Assembly: GCA_964016885.1 (NCBI GenBank)
Contig: OZ024742.1
Location: forward strand, 345,030,001 to 345,094,000
Source: Eledone cirrhosa
Taxonomy: Eukaryota
Direction of reading: 5' to 3'
Length of the DNA stretch: 64,000 nucleotides
In this document: piece by piece, positions 13,493 through 28,400 of the stretch
How positions within the stretch are numbered: position 1 is the first letter of the stretch
Layout of the letters: every line of letters starts with the position of its first letter
Notes under the pieces: generated by a model
The model's database searches: none
The model's input: only the letters and a program-made list of their open reading frames with translations
What the model was told of the DNA's origin: nothing
Made by a program: the position numbers and the translations under genes

Positions 13493-14785
13493 TAGTAGCA
13501 GTAGCCAGCGTTGCCTGGGTATATAAAATAATATCTGCTTTGATGACTCATCTATGGCCACACTGCTTCTCAATGACTGATCCATGTCCACACACAGGCC
13601 ATGCGGGGGAGGGTGGTGATGACCTCTATCACTGAGAAACGCGGGTGACTGACGAAGGGACATGCTGGGGGAGGGAGGTAATAACCTCTATCACTAAGCG
13701 AAATTTCCTCTCGCTACTTGATTGGAAACCGAAGAATTCTCAAATATACAACTAAAAGCTCAGACGACGTCAGTGGCCATCGTTTTGCCTTTGACCATCT
13801 ATAAGATGTGCAATAATAGGTTCTATCGTAGTAAAAAAGTTGAACAAAATAAATTGATTCATGTGAGAGGTGGAGCCGAAGTTTCGAATTTGAACGAAAT
13901 CGGTTGAAAAATGTGGGAGCTAATGATAGGTCGCCGCCGTCCCTGAACAAAAATTGCAAAGTGTAAAGCTACTATAAGATGTGCAATGATAAGTTCTATC
14001 GTAGTATAAAAGTTGACCAAATAAATTGATTTATGTGTCAGGTGGAGCTGAAGTTTCGAATTTGAACGAAATCAGTTGAAAAGTGTCGGAGCTAATGATA
14101 GGTTCTATCGTAGTACAAAAGTTGAACCAAATAAATTGATTTGTGTGTGAGGTGGAGCCGAAGTTTCGAATTTGAACGAAATCGGTTGAAAAATGTGGGA
14201 GCTAGAGCCGAAAAGGCGGAAATCTGATCGAAAAGGTGGTATTTTCGAATATTTAAGCGGCTGCCACGCCGTTCCTCCTGAACAGAAATCAAAAATGTAA
14301 AGCCACTTTAAGAAGTGAATTAATCAGATCTAGCGTAGTGTAAAATTTAAACAAAGTAGGTTGATTAATGTGGGAGCTAGAGTCGAAAAAGTGGAAATTT
14401 GATTCTAAAAGTGGTATTTTTGAATATTTAAGCGGCTGCCACGCTGTCCCTGAACAAGTGCAAAATATAAAGCCATTATAGAATGTGCAATGAAAAATTC
14501 TATTTTGCTTTAAAATTTGAACGAGATCGGTGGCAAAATGTGGGAGTTAGAGACAAAAATCTTATTTTTCGATACCTAAAAAAAGGTGACCCCCCCCCTA
14601 TCGATTTTTATCTGCAGAATAACCCTGGAATAAAAAAAAAAAAACAATACGCTGATATATAGAAAACACTCCCCGATGACTAATCTATGAGCCTGTAAAG
14701 TTTCATGAAAATCGGTCGCAAGATGTAGGCCCCTATATGTAATATTCAGACACACACACACATAATACTTAATTTTATATATTAC
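13492..14785 (-). mobile_element. Non-autonomous Helitron-like element with internal tandem repeats
   Basis: Minus-strand 3' end cccaggcaacgctgg..CTAG|T; degenerate 5' end tgtaatatataaaa..tgtgtgtctg; internal 120-180 bp repeats at 13800-14570. Confidence 0.65.
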
Positions 14786-15968
14786 ATATATATATATATA
14801 TATATATATAAACATGGCTTTAAAAAAGGGGATGTTTGCATAATTGCAAACGAATAGAATATTATTATTGATACTAGACGAAAAAATACCCTTTGGGTGG
14901 TTTTCTGCTACCATGTGTAGTGTGCATATTGATATTATACGCAAGTATATATGCATGTGGATATGATACATCAAATAAAATCGTAATTGACAATATATAC
15001 AGAAATTGAACGTAGACTGCGTGACCCTGCCTTATGTAATCAGTAACGTAATCCATGATACATTAAAAAAAGACGATATTATATATAAACTGCATTAGGA
15101 GAATATATGAATGTTTATTTAAGCGATCGCTAACCGGAAGTGTTGACATTTGAAAATGTTAAAGAAGTGAATCTTTAAATAAGCAATAAAATATATTTAA
15201 TCAAAAGCTACGAAATTTAGCAGATAAATTATGTAATATTCATTTATTATTTATTTAAAATAATCCAACTAATTTTACAAACGGGGTAAAAAATTATATT
15301 GTGGATGCAGTCCCGCACTCCTTTCTTTATTATAGTTTAGATTACAAAAACTCAGATTACATTTATTGTATTCAGCCATGTAGAGCGATAAACATTTTTT
15401 ATTATTATTTGAATATGTCAAAGCCGGCCATTAATCGCTCGTGTACATGAAACTGACTAGCCTATCTGCTGATATGCATATCTGGCTGATCAGTGGATCT
15501 GCTAATATGCAGATCTGACTGATCAACCAGTCTGCTAATATGCAAATCAGACCGATCAATCACTATATATTTTAGAAAATATCATATATTTTCACTAGCT
15601 CTGATAGTTGGCAGGTGAACAGTAAACTGCAGCGAAGGGTAATCACCCAGAAACATTAGTGTTTGCAATTATATTTACATGCCAACACATGAGCAAGAAT
15701 GAGGGACACACACACATACATACACATACACATACATACACATACATATACACACATACACACACATACACACAAATATATACACATACAAATAAATAAG
15801 TACTCAATAAATATACGCATATACACAGGCACATAAAAACAGCTCTACAGGCAGAAAATGCAGATAGGTAAGAGGTACTCACATAACCATAGTGGCCGTA
15901 TTTCAGGTTGAGGAGGGGTGGAGGTAAGGTGGGAAGGAGGTATAGGGGCCAATAGGAGGAGGTCGTTT

Positions 15969-16430
15969 TTAGCCATCGGGCTTTAACACTGGCTTAAAGT
16001 ATTTGAAAGTTGCAAAGTTCTTGTGCATGCAGTTCGGGCAGTGTTCAGAGAGTTTGTTCAGTAGCGGGCCCTTGGCGAATAAAATTTCGTAGCTCTCTGA
16101 GATACAAAGGTCGCAGCCCTTGTGTCCTCCGTTGTAAGAGCGCGCTTTCTGGAGTATTTTCCATTTAAGCATGAAGGGGGTGGAGTTCTTTTTGAGGTCC
16201 GAAAACATAGGAGGCGAGTGTTGTCTGGTTTGATTTGTCCGGTCTTCTGAAGGAGTGGGTATGGGCATACCAACGGGTCTTAAAGTTGTTGGAGGTCATG
16301 CCGATGTAAGTTTTTTGCAATCATCGGTGCCTGAGATGACATCGCATTTGTATACGATATCATTTGTGAGGCATTTGTTTTCAAGTGGGCATGCTTCCTT
16401 ATTTAGGCAATTACACAGAGCCCCAACTGA
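15969..16430 (-). pseudogene. PLE GIY-YIG endonuclease fragment (Naiad-like), frameshifted
   Basis: CLTNDIVYKCDV..KTYIGMTSNNFKTRW followed by WKILQKARSY..CDLC..E..LNK.SE..CMH. Confidence 0.8.
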
Positions 16431-16669
16431 TCTTATAGACACCTGTTAAGAGAAACTTAATAATAAGGAGTGGCACCCCATCCTGAACCTGTTTATAGAA
16501 TTCTTTCTGCCTTTGTTACTCTAAAAATAAAAATAAACTATAGCTTTGTAGAATTATCTTTTAATGAATTCCCTTTTCTATCAACCAATGACCTACACCC
16601 ATCCCACTCCCCACCCTCTCCTACCACTTGTAGAGACCTATAAATACCATACTTATTTTTTCATACCCA

Positions 16670-16718
16670 GATTCCTGATGATTTCTAAAGAATGAAACAG
16701 TTCTAGTCCTGTAGAATC
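16670..16718 (+). ncRNA. Type I hammerhead ribozyme, GUA site
   Basis: gattc CTGATGA tttct aa agaat GAAA cag ttctagtc ctg TA gaatc; ~85 nt tail then (TA)n. Confidence 0.85.
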
Positions 16719-16801
16719 TCATCTATATTAAAACTTTTATACTCTGCAATGTATTGAGTACCTTACTTACTGTGGTTATCTCCGATTCAACCCGGAATAA
16801 C

Positions 16802-16864
<63 letters not shown>

Positions 16865-17065
16865 TTTGAAGGTTCACCACTGGATAGAGCTGGTCATTCC
16901 GTATGGTCAATCTTGATGTAATAATATGGAGAGTACTCAAGGTAAAGCAGCTCAACCGTCATCGTTTGTGTAGTTGGTGGTGCGAGTACGGAGTTAAATA
17001 TTATAATAAAATAACAGGAGGCTGGACTTGTGTAAATCCTTGACAGGTTTATTATTCTATGATTA

Positions 17066-17116
17066 TTTCCAGGACCGGTTTCCGTATGAATCCGGTGATA
17101 TCATCAGGTATTTGAA
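17066..17116 (-). ncRNA. Degenerate HHR
   Basis: Minus strand: CTGATGA...GAAA ccgg TC; core intact but stems I and II pair poorly. Confidence 0.4.
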
Positions 17117-17215
17117 ATATAATAAATGCATGTAACAGATATATATATATATATACAGAGAGATAGAGAGATAGATAGATAGAGAGAGAGAGATAATAGA
17201 TACATATATATATAT

Positions 17216-17267
<52 letters not shown>

Positions 17268-17559
17268 TGTGTGAGAGAGAGAGCGGGGAGAGGGGGAGTG
17301 ACATCAGTATTAAACTGCATTTAAGATTTTGAAAAACAATTTAATTTTCCTTTACTATGTTTAATTTTGTACCTTTTAATTATATGTCAAAATAAATTTC
17401 GAACTGATTAATTTCAAAGCAGAAATTATATATTAGGATACCTTATTCAAAGGTTTTAAGATGTACCTCATATTTTTATATACATGCATTGTTACAATAC
17501 ATAACATGAAGAAATTATTCCATACAAAATATATTGCTTTCTTCGCTCATTTATTCTTG

Positions 17560-18165
17560 AGAAGGTCGTGGGGTTAGAATCTCAAACATTCCTTCCAGCG
17601 GGGCCTGTTAGAAGCAAGCATCTCCAACTGATCCGGCTGGATCCCCAAGTGAGACCAGCAGAGCTCATGGATGTTATCCAACCATCTTACTCGGAGACTA
17701 TCTCTGGGTTTCCTGTCGGTTGGTTTTGCCAGTAAAATCTGTCCAGCGATTAATTCCTAAGGCATTCTAACAAAATGCCCATAGTATCGAGTTGTGATCT
17801 CTCAATTCGGCTCTGCCTTGATTGACTCTCTGATCTACGAGCTACGCATTCTATCGCGTAACCTTACTTCAAAGATCCTTCGAAGGAACCCCATTTTGGC
17901 CACTTGTATTCCCGATCATAAGGGTTGGCATGAATACCCAATTGAAGAAAGCCAATTTGGCTTTTACACCTACCTCCCTTCTTCTGGTGACCGAATGCTG
18001 AAGCTAACGCATTACTGCAATTATTGCACTTAATTCAGCCTCCTGCCTTCCAACACTCCTGAACACGGCGCGAGATACTTGAACCTCTTCACATACTTCA
18101 GTGGAATTCCATGCATATGTAGAGGATACACAGGATACCTTGGAAGCACGTGCATCTCAGCTTGT
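17560..18165 (-). pseudogene. RTE-clade LINE 3' fragment
   Basis: IQVAKMGFLRRIFEVRLRDRMRSS*IRE..YYGHFVRMP on the minus strand. Confidence 0.75.
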
Positions 18166-18184
18166 CCTTAAAAAAATATATATA

Positions 18185-20320
18185 GGTAGATTTTCAGAAA
18201 TAGTCATGGTCATCAATTAGTTTATGCACTAACTGGTTTCTCCCTGAGTAGCTTTTCAAAGTTTAATTTTGAATTGTGTTTGTGTTGGATTTACTTTTTC
18301 TCACAAGTTGCTATATGCCCTTTTGAGTTATGTCCTTCGTGTGCTGTTTGTCCTTTTGTCTTTTCTCAAATAAGGGAAGAAACTGTTTATATATTTGTCG
18401 TCGCTTATGACACCAAAAAACATCTTGGTTTCCCAATGAATTCGATGTACAATGAGTTGAGTTTGATAGAATGGGGAAACATCGAAATTAGGCAAGGTCC
18501 ATCCACCACAATCCTGTAAAAGTTAACTAAGAATATCTTTCTGATGTACGGGTCCTTAAATTGTTGGCCATGTATCGTCATCATTTGTCGGAGTGTCAGA
18601 CCTGTTTGACCAATGTACTGTTCATGACAACCTTTGCATGTTGTAATATATATTAAACTGTGTACACTATAGGAGAAGGTTTAATTCTGAAAATGGGTCA
18701 TGACTTTGTCATTTACCTTTTATAATTGAATATTTCTTCATTTTGTTTCTCCTTTAGCAAAATTGGAAAATTTAGTTGTACATCTGCGTAGATTTTGGTG
18801 TTGTTTAGATTAGGAGTTGCAATATATTGTATAAACTGTTTTTGTTTTCTTTGTTTCCGTTTCTAAGAGATCCCGGATGATAATTTGTCATACTTATGTA
18901 ATAACATTCTCGATTAAATGCTGAGGATATTTTCTCAAGAGTAATTTTTCATATCTTTTAGTCTGTGGTGTCTTGATGTTGTGTTTGTAAGTAAGTTAAG
19001 TGTAATATTGGTATGGGTGTGTGTTGGATGAGAGATAAGATGTGAAAAGCGCCATTTTCGGAAGTCCTTAGGTTCGAAATATGTCAGTTTCTAGTTTTGT
19101 GTTTCATTTTGTTATTAGTATGTCTACTAAGGAAAGTGTATCGTTACTGGTGTCCATTTTATTGATAATGTTTTGAAAGATTATTTGTTTGCCAAATTGT
19201 CCTTCACAAAATAAGGCAGTCATCCAGGTATCCATTTCAGTTTTCATTTATATGGTAGCTGAATTCATCCCTGTAAAATGTGAGGATTGTCTTTAGAGTT
19301 TCCATCCATGTTAACCTATGGCTATGCTGGTATATGTTGGGGCAACCTTTATTCTTATTTTGTTGGTAGACTGTTTCATCGAATATGAAATAATTGTTTT
19401 TGAGATTATACTGAAAGTCATCTATAATGAAGTGTTTTATTAATATGGTGTGGTAGCTCACAAGGAAATGTGTCCAAGCGGTATTTAATAGCCTCAATTC
19501 CATGGTCTAGTGGAATGTTATATAGTTTCACAATATTCAGCGAATCTATATAGGTATTTTTGTTTTAACTTTGTTGGTTATTTAAGTCTAGATAGATCGT
19601 CTCGTATGAAGCTCCAAATGTGTTTAAGAAGAGGCTTCAGTAAATTGTCTAGCAGTTTCTTCGGCGATGTGTCTTGCAAAGTAGATCTGTTATAATGGGT
19701 TTTATCTTAAGTAGAATGGTGAGTATATTTCTACAATTGGTTTTTATCTTTTCGCATGTCACATTTATTAGTTTATTATTGTGCCTTTTAGGTACCCCAT
19801 AGAGATTACTTGATTTATATTTAACATCGGTTAGACAATTTTGATGTGACTAGTAAATTAATGGAGTTTGTAATTTATGGAGTTTGTAATGTTGGGTTTC
19901 ATCCTAGTATCTAATGTGCCGTACCAATGTGTCGTGTCAATAAAAACAACAGCGCCTCATTTGTTTGCTTCTCTAACAATATCTATATCCAGTTTTAGAT
20001 CGTTTAGATGGTTTCATTGTTGTATGGTTAAGTTGGATTTTGTCTCATTTCCCATTTATCAACGTGATGATATGAGGTGTATTCTCAAAACTTATCAAGG
20101 GTTGTATCCTTGCCTTTTAGGGTTTGGTATTCAGTTTGGGTTTTGATTAATGGTTCATAGTTGATTGATTCTTCAAAAATTGTTCTGCTGCGAGTCTTCA
20201 ATAATTTTTGGTATATTTACTTAACATATTTTTTGTAATACATACAAGTGATAAAGAGTTTTATGAGGGAATAATCATTTACAGTTTTTTCTAACTGTAG
20301 ACCATCCTTTATCACTGTAT
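18185..20320 (-). mobile_element. Degenerate Neptune-like PLE (RT plus GIY-YIG)
   Basis: YLDDCLI near 19215-19235; LIYITTCKGCHEQYIGQTG near 18600-18657; U3-A8 HHR remnant at 18228-18262. Confidence 0.85.
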
Positions 20321-20506
20321 TTGTGGATGCTGACTAAACACTTATTAAAATATATCTATCTCCATCTCTCTTTCTCTCCCTCTCTCTCTCTCTTTCTCTC
20401 TCTCTCTCTATATATATATATATCAAAGGTATATATTTAGTTAGAAACTCAAAATAGTCTCTTACAAAATACCTCAAGGAAAGAGATTTTTCAGAGCCGT
20501 ATATCA

Positions 20507-20748
20507 TAAGTTGAATATAAAAGAGAGATAAACACAGGCATATACATATATGTGTTCAAATCGTAATGGACCAGGTTCGTTAACGTGAGAACATTACTAA
20601 CTATGGACAATAGGGTTTGCTAGACTCAATTTAAGAAACACTATTCTCTATAGTTAGTATTTTTTTCACCTTAGTGAACCTGGTCCCTTACGATTTGAAC
20701 ACATATATGTATATGTCTGTGTTTATCTCTCTTTTATATTCAATTATG
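20507..20748. repeat. Fold-back with ~110 bp imperfect arms between (TA)n tracts
   Basis: ttgaatataaaagagagataaacacag... pairs with ...ctgtgtttatctctcttttatattcaa. Confidence 0.85.
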
Positions 20749-20758
20749 ATATATATAT

Positions 20759-20790
<32 letters not shown>

Positions 20791-20791
<1 letters not shown>

Positions 20792-21191
20792 AACGGAAAA
20801 AATGAAACGAAATCTCATTTCCCACTCTCAGTACGGCTGTTACTTAAATATAAGTATGTACACGTACATACATATATGTATACAGACGTACAGTAGTATG
20901 TATATATATATATACATACATGCACACATATATATATGTACGTATGGATTCACCGAACATTTATTATAATGCTGGGTGTGTTTCTAAACAAACATCCCGT
21001 ATTAAGCCGTAGTGTCTAGGAACCATCGTTGCTCGTTTGTTCAACAAAGGAACGCTGTACTAGTTTCAAGCTTATTAGCTATCGTCAGCAACGTATACCT
21101 TCCTGCCAGATTGTTGAACGTATATACTTACCTTATGCATATTAACGGCGGAGTAGCCCAATTTGCATATCGAGTGGGTTAATCGGCCGGG
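20791..21191 (-). mobile_element. Retrozyme-like monomer (49 kb family) with HHR at 21051-21094
   Basis: Minus strand: acgttg CTGACGA t agct aata agct t GAAA ctag TA cagcgt; octamer atttgcat at 21161-21168. Confidence 0.8.
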
Positions 21192-21484
21192 TGTGTGTGT
21201 GTGTGTATGTGTGTGTATGTATAACGTCATGTAATAAGCCTTAGAATCTTGGTAACATTTACTATTTTAATATTTTATGTAATTTATCTTTTTCCATCCT
21301 TCATCTTATATCGCTCATCCGTTATTTGTAAAAGTAATTACCAAATATTACTTGGATGAACTTCTCAAGGACTCAACATTTTTGAAAACATTTACGTCAT
21401 TTCTTTTTTTTTATTTAGATTTTCTTTCCGCCATTTATATTGATCATATTTTATTTTGCCTCTAGCTCTCCAGCTCTTTAATCC

Positions 21485-22430
<946 letters not shown>

Positions 22431-22548
22431 TTTTCTTTTCTCCCTCTCCTTTTCTCTCTACCTATTTCTCTCTTTCTTTTTCAATCCCTCTCCATCTCTC
22501 TCTTTCTCTCTGTGCACACACGCACAAAGCCAAAGACACACATACATA

Positions 22549-22586
<38 letters not shown>

Positions 22587-22653
22587 CCTATTACCTTCTT
22601 ATACAATATATATATATCCATGTGCAACCAGCAGTATTCTTCTCACCGATATT

Positions 22654-22693
<40 letters not shown>

Positions 22694-22748
22694 AAACAAC
22701 CATCACATAATCAAAATTATATATAAATATATACATATACATATACAT

Positions 22749-22814
<66 letters not shown>

Positions 22815-22818
<4 letters not shown>

Positions 22819-23040
22819 AAGTATGACCCCGACGGCAGAGCTCAAGCCGTTTCGACGGCTATTTCTGGACTAAATTAGAATTTTTAGCCTGGCTAAAAAT
22901 TCTAATTTAGTCCAGAAATAGCCGTCGAAACGGCTTGAGCTCTGCCGTGGGGTCATACTTTTTCCTATTTCCCACTCTACTACCCTCAGTATTTTAGTAC
23001 TCTGGTTCATCCATCTGGTTCCTACCACAATTCCTTTGTT
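22815..23040 (+). mobile_element. Fold-back footprint with partial HHR
   Basis: 22815-22964 palindrome; GAAA cggc ttgagctct gccg half-site; relatives at 51400-51582 and 52178-52370. Confidence 0.75.
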
Positions 23041-23466
23041 ATATATATATATATTTTTTAAATATATGCATATCACATTTATATACACACATATGTAGAC
23101 TTGTGTAGCATATGGCCAAACCTTACAATACGGCGCCGGTCTCCGACTACACTATCTTTTATATTATGTCTATCCACATAGCTTCTTCTCCAACTAAGCC
23201 TTGTAAGTGTATAATAAAACAGAAAATCTGGAAGTTCATCTGTTGAGCTGCAGCCTTAATACAAATCTGTGATCTTAATATTCAGCGGTCCAAATGGATT
23301 TTACATGCGGATAAATTGTGTGATAGGAGTTTATGTGTAATATCTAAACTTAAATAATTGTCACATCGCGCGAAAAAGGACTGAAATAGGATTTGCATAA
23401 TTGCAAACAAATCGAATGTTATTAATAATATTCGGAAAACTCAGGTTACATACATATATATATATT

Positions 23467-23499
<33 letters not shown>

Positions 23500-24079
23500 A
23501 AATTTGAGTGTGTTAGTTAATTACCGACACTTCAGTATTCAGAGTTGAGCACTGAACGAGGTGCGCAGACAGATGTTTACTCTGGAGTAATATAACAAGA
23601 TGTGTAAGTTAACAGGTTAAAGTTTATTCATACGACCCGACCATATATATATATATTTTTTTTTTTCATATAAAATTGTTGGTACAGCGATAAGTTTTAA
23701 AAATAAAATGCTGTATTCTGTGCGGCGTCTATATAATTATTTCTTTGAAAGCATACTAATGTCAGAACTGTTACAAAATATCACCTCTATTCATAAGTAT
23801 TTTATGAATAATTCTTCGCTTATCATTCCTTTCTTTGTTCTTTTCTTTCTTTCCATCTTTTTATTTTTCATGCTTTATTAATTTCCATCTTTCGTATTTT
23901 ATTCCTATTTCTCCATATTCCTTTTTTTTTTTTACCTTCCATGGAACGCTCTGGACGGACGCTCGAATAACAAAACCTCCAAAGAAAACGAGACGGTTCT
24001 GAATACACCCAAATGAATTTGTAGCGCTTTGAAGTTCACATTACCGCCGCTCTCGCCCACATACAACCCCACCTCGCAC

Positions 24080-25125
<1,046 letters not shown>

Positions 25126-25416
25126 CAAAAACATGTATTTATATATATTGATGTCAGAATCGTTACTAACATATAAAACAGCTTCAAACAGTATATCTAG
25201 TATTTTTTAACACACCATTCTTTCTCCTACATATGTATTATATATGTATTACTACCCACCTTGCAACAAAAATGTACATGAATTGTTTCCATAAGTTTCA
25301 ACATTCTATCATATCTATTTTATTACTTATATCTATAATTGTGTCTCTGTATCTTCTATCTATTTATCTATCTATCTATCTATCTACCCATCTATCTATC
25401 TATCTATCTATCTAGA

Positions 25417-28400
25417 TAACACCATCACCCCAAACATAAACTACTGGTGGTTACTAACCGGTTTCTTCAATTTAGACGAGGACAACCTCATTTCAATAGG
25501 GAAGGTATCCGGCGACGCGTTCAGTGGAACGAGTATCGAAGTTCTGACACAGATAAGGCCAGAACGTATCGCCTAAATCCCTGAGCGCGTCATGCTGGAT
25601 GACCGTACCCACCTCAACATTATTGTGGAGGGTAGGCGTCCCTCCTGTTACCTCTGTGGCAATAGAGGTCACCTGAGGGCTGCCTGTCCCCAGCTCACAC
25701 AGAAAAATAACACTGCTACCAACACCAACACCACCCTAACAACCACAACAAAAACAACCACAACAACAACAACAACAACCAACAACACCACCACCACCAC
25801 CACAACAACAACAACAAACACGTGAAAAAACAACACACAATACTGTCCCACCCAACCCCTCCCCACCCAAAACAAATATAAAACACACACCGCAAACACT
25901 ACCAGAAAACATACACCTCCCACCCAACAAGGAAGACGAACCCCTTTCGTCGCAAGTCGAAAATGATCCCTACCAAACAGTAAAAAGAAAGAAGAGGAGG
26001 CGCACCACAGACACATTTGTTAACTTTAACCCTCCCCAAGAGAACACAAACTATAAAAAAACCACCCCTCCCCGTCACACAACACTAACTGCTACACAAA
26101 AAAAGACTTTACAATATACATACATGAACACAGACAACAAAGAACTACTGAAAACAATTTCATCAAACCCTTCGGTCCAAACTGAAGGGCCTAACTTTAT
26201 AACTGCTGTGCGACTACCTCATTTAAAAATGATTAAAGTCCCAATGAACCTTTATAAAACACTGAAAATAAATTTCACGGAGGACATGCCCCCCCCCCCC
26301 CTGCGCCAAACCAATCAACCGCGTCCTCCTAAAAAATGTCTGTGCTAAGAGTAGGGTGTCTAAATGCGCGTGGCCTGGGCTCATCTTCGAAGCAAGCAAT
26401 GCTTCTAAATGACCTCAGGTCACGATCTATAAATGTGATGGTTATCTGCGAGGCCCGGATCAGCGGCATGCGACAGCTAGCCCCCACCTTTGACGACTTT
26501 GAGATGCACGCATCTCTCTGTCAGCCCGGAGGTGGGGGTTGGGTTGTCGTTCTACTGCAAAAACATCTGGGTCTTGCCACACAGATAGTTCACTTGGACC
26601 CAGGGGGTCGACTGGTGGTGCTGGACCTTGGCAGTGGTGAAGGTGGAGCCTTTAGGCTGGTAGCCGCATATGCCCCTTTTGGGACAGAGCGGCCCGACTT
26701 TTTCCAGCGTCTGGAGTCTTTTCCCTGCTTTTAGTGGGGGACTGGAATGGTATCCTGGATGCACGTTGGGACTATGCAGAGGCATGTCCCGATAGAGAGG
26801 GGTGCAACAGCCTCAAGGGGTTACTCGGCCGATTTGACCTGGCCGATAGATTTCGACTAGATTTTCCGACGGTGCGAACTTGGTCTTGGTCAAATCGCAG
26901 CGGATCATCTAGGTCGTACCTAGATAGATTTTTAGTTAGAAATAAGGACAGGGACTTTTAAGGTGTCCATAAATGCTCATGGTTGGCTATTCAGACCACA
27001 AGTTGGTGACCTGCATGGTCAACCTTGATAGAACGCATAGACACAGCCCCGGTTACTGGAAGCTCAACTTGTCCTTGCCGGCAAGTAGAGCTTACAGGGA
27101 TCGGATTAGTACGTTAGTTAAGGAACGGTTGACTGGAGCGATCGTCAACAGCAGGTGGTGGGTATCTCTAAAGAGAGAGATTAGAGTAGTCTCGATAGAA
27201 TTTAGTAAGGTTCTAGCTGCGGATAGGAATAGGAAGGAATGGGAGCTAATAGATAGAGTAGAAGAGGCAATTAGAAGCGGCGGCGTGGCCATAGTGCTAG
27301 CGTCGAGAACGGCTATGAGCCAGTTTTTCGACGCGAAGCACGAAGGCTGCGTTGTCCGAAGTAAAATACATGCTCTAGGGAACGAGGGGACCAAAGCTGT
27401 TAGCTGGGCCAGCGTGACAGAGGCCAAGAGTGGAACTAAATCCACCAGAATGGACGGTCGATCCTTGAGCCTAAGCAGATGTGTGAGGCCTTTCAAAGGC
27501 ACTTTGCCCGACTGATCGGAAGGGGCGGGGAGCCGGTTGGGGACGTGGACTTCGGTCCATACCTCGACGGCCTGCCGCGTCTCTCGGACAGGGAGGCGAA
27601 GTCCTGCGAGGAGCCGATTTCGGCCGCTGAGATAGAGGACGTGCTGAGCCAATGCGGCAAACGCAAATCCCCGGGTCTCGATGGTCTTCCATACGAATTA
27701 TATCTGGCTATGCCGGACTTGTTCCCCGATCTTCTCGAGGCGGTCTACTGCAACTGGCGACAGAACGGGAGAATTCCCTGTACTGTGACCAAGGGCGTAG
27801 TCACGCTAGTGAGGAAGGACGAGAACAAGGGGGACGAAATAAGTAACTTCAGGCCCATAACTCTGCTAAATACAGAGTTACAGATTTTGGCCAAGGTGCT
27901 AGCAAAGAGGTTGGCGCTTGTCGTGGGCAACCTGGTGGGCGATGCGTAGACATGTGCTATCCCGTCCAGGTCCATCCATGACAACCTCCAGCTCATGCGA
28001 TACATCATAGAGAGGGTTGGGAACAAACCATCTTTGGTGGGGCTCTGATCAACTTGGATAAATCTAAGGTGTTCGATAGGGTCGACCATGGTTACCTGGA
28101 TGCGGTGCTAGCGGCAGCAGGCTTCGGACCCGTTTTCAGGGGCTGGATCACTGCTATGCACAACAGCCGCATCTGCTCTAGGGTCAAGGTGAACGGCTAT
28201 CTCTCGGAGCCGTTCAAAATCGCGCGGTCCATCCGACAAAGGGTGCCCTCTCTCCTCCCTTCTGTATGTATTGACTCTCGAGCCACTACTACGGAAGTTG
28301 GAGTTGTTGCAGGGCATCCTTTTGGAACCGGGATTGCGTAAAGCGGTGTCGGCCTACGCCGATGACGTGACAGTAATGGTGTCGACGGCCTCCGAAATCG

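Noticed and set aside
13800-14570. Regularly spaced repeats as a CRISPR-like array
   Set aside because: Long degenerate tandem units with no unique spacers, inside a Helitron-like element in eukaryotic DNA.
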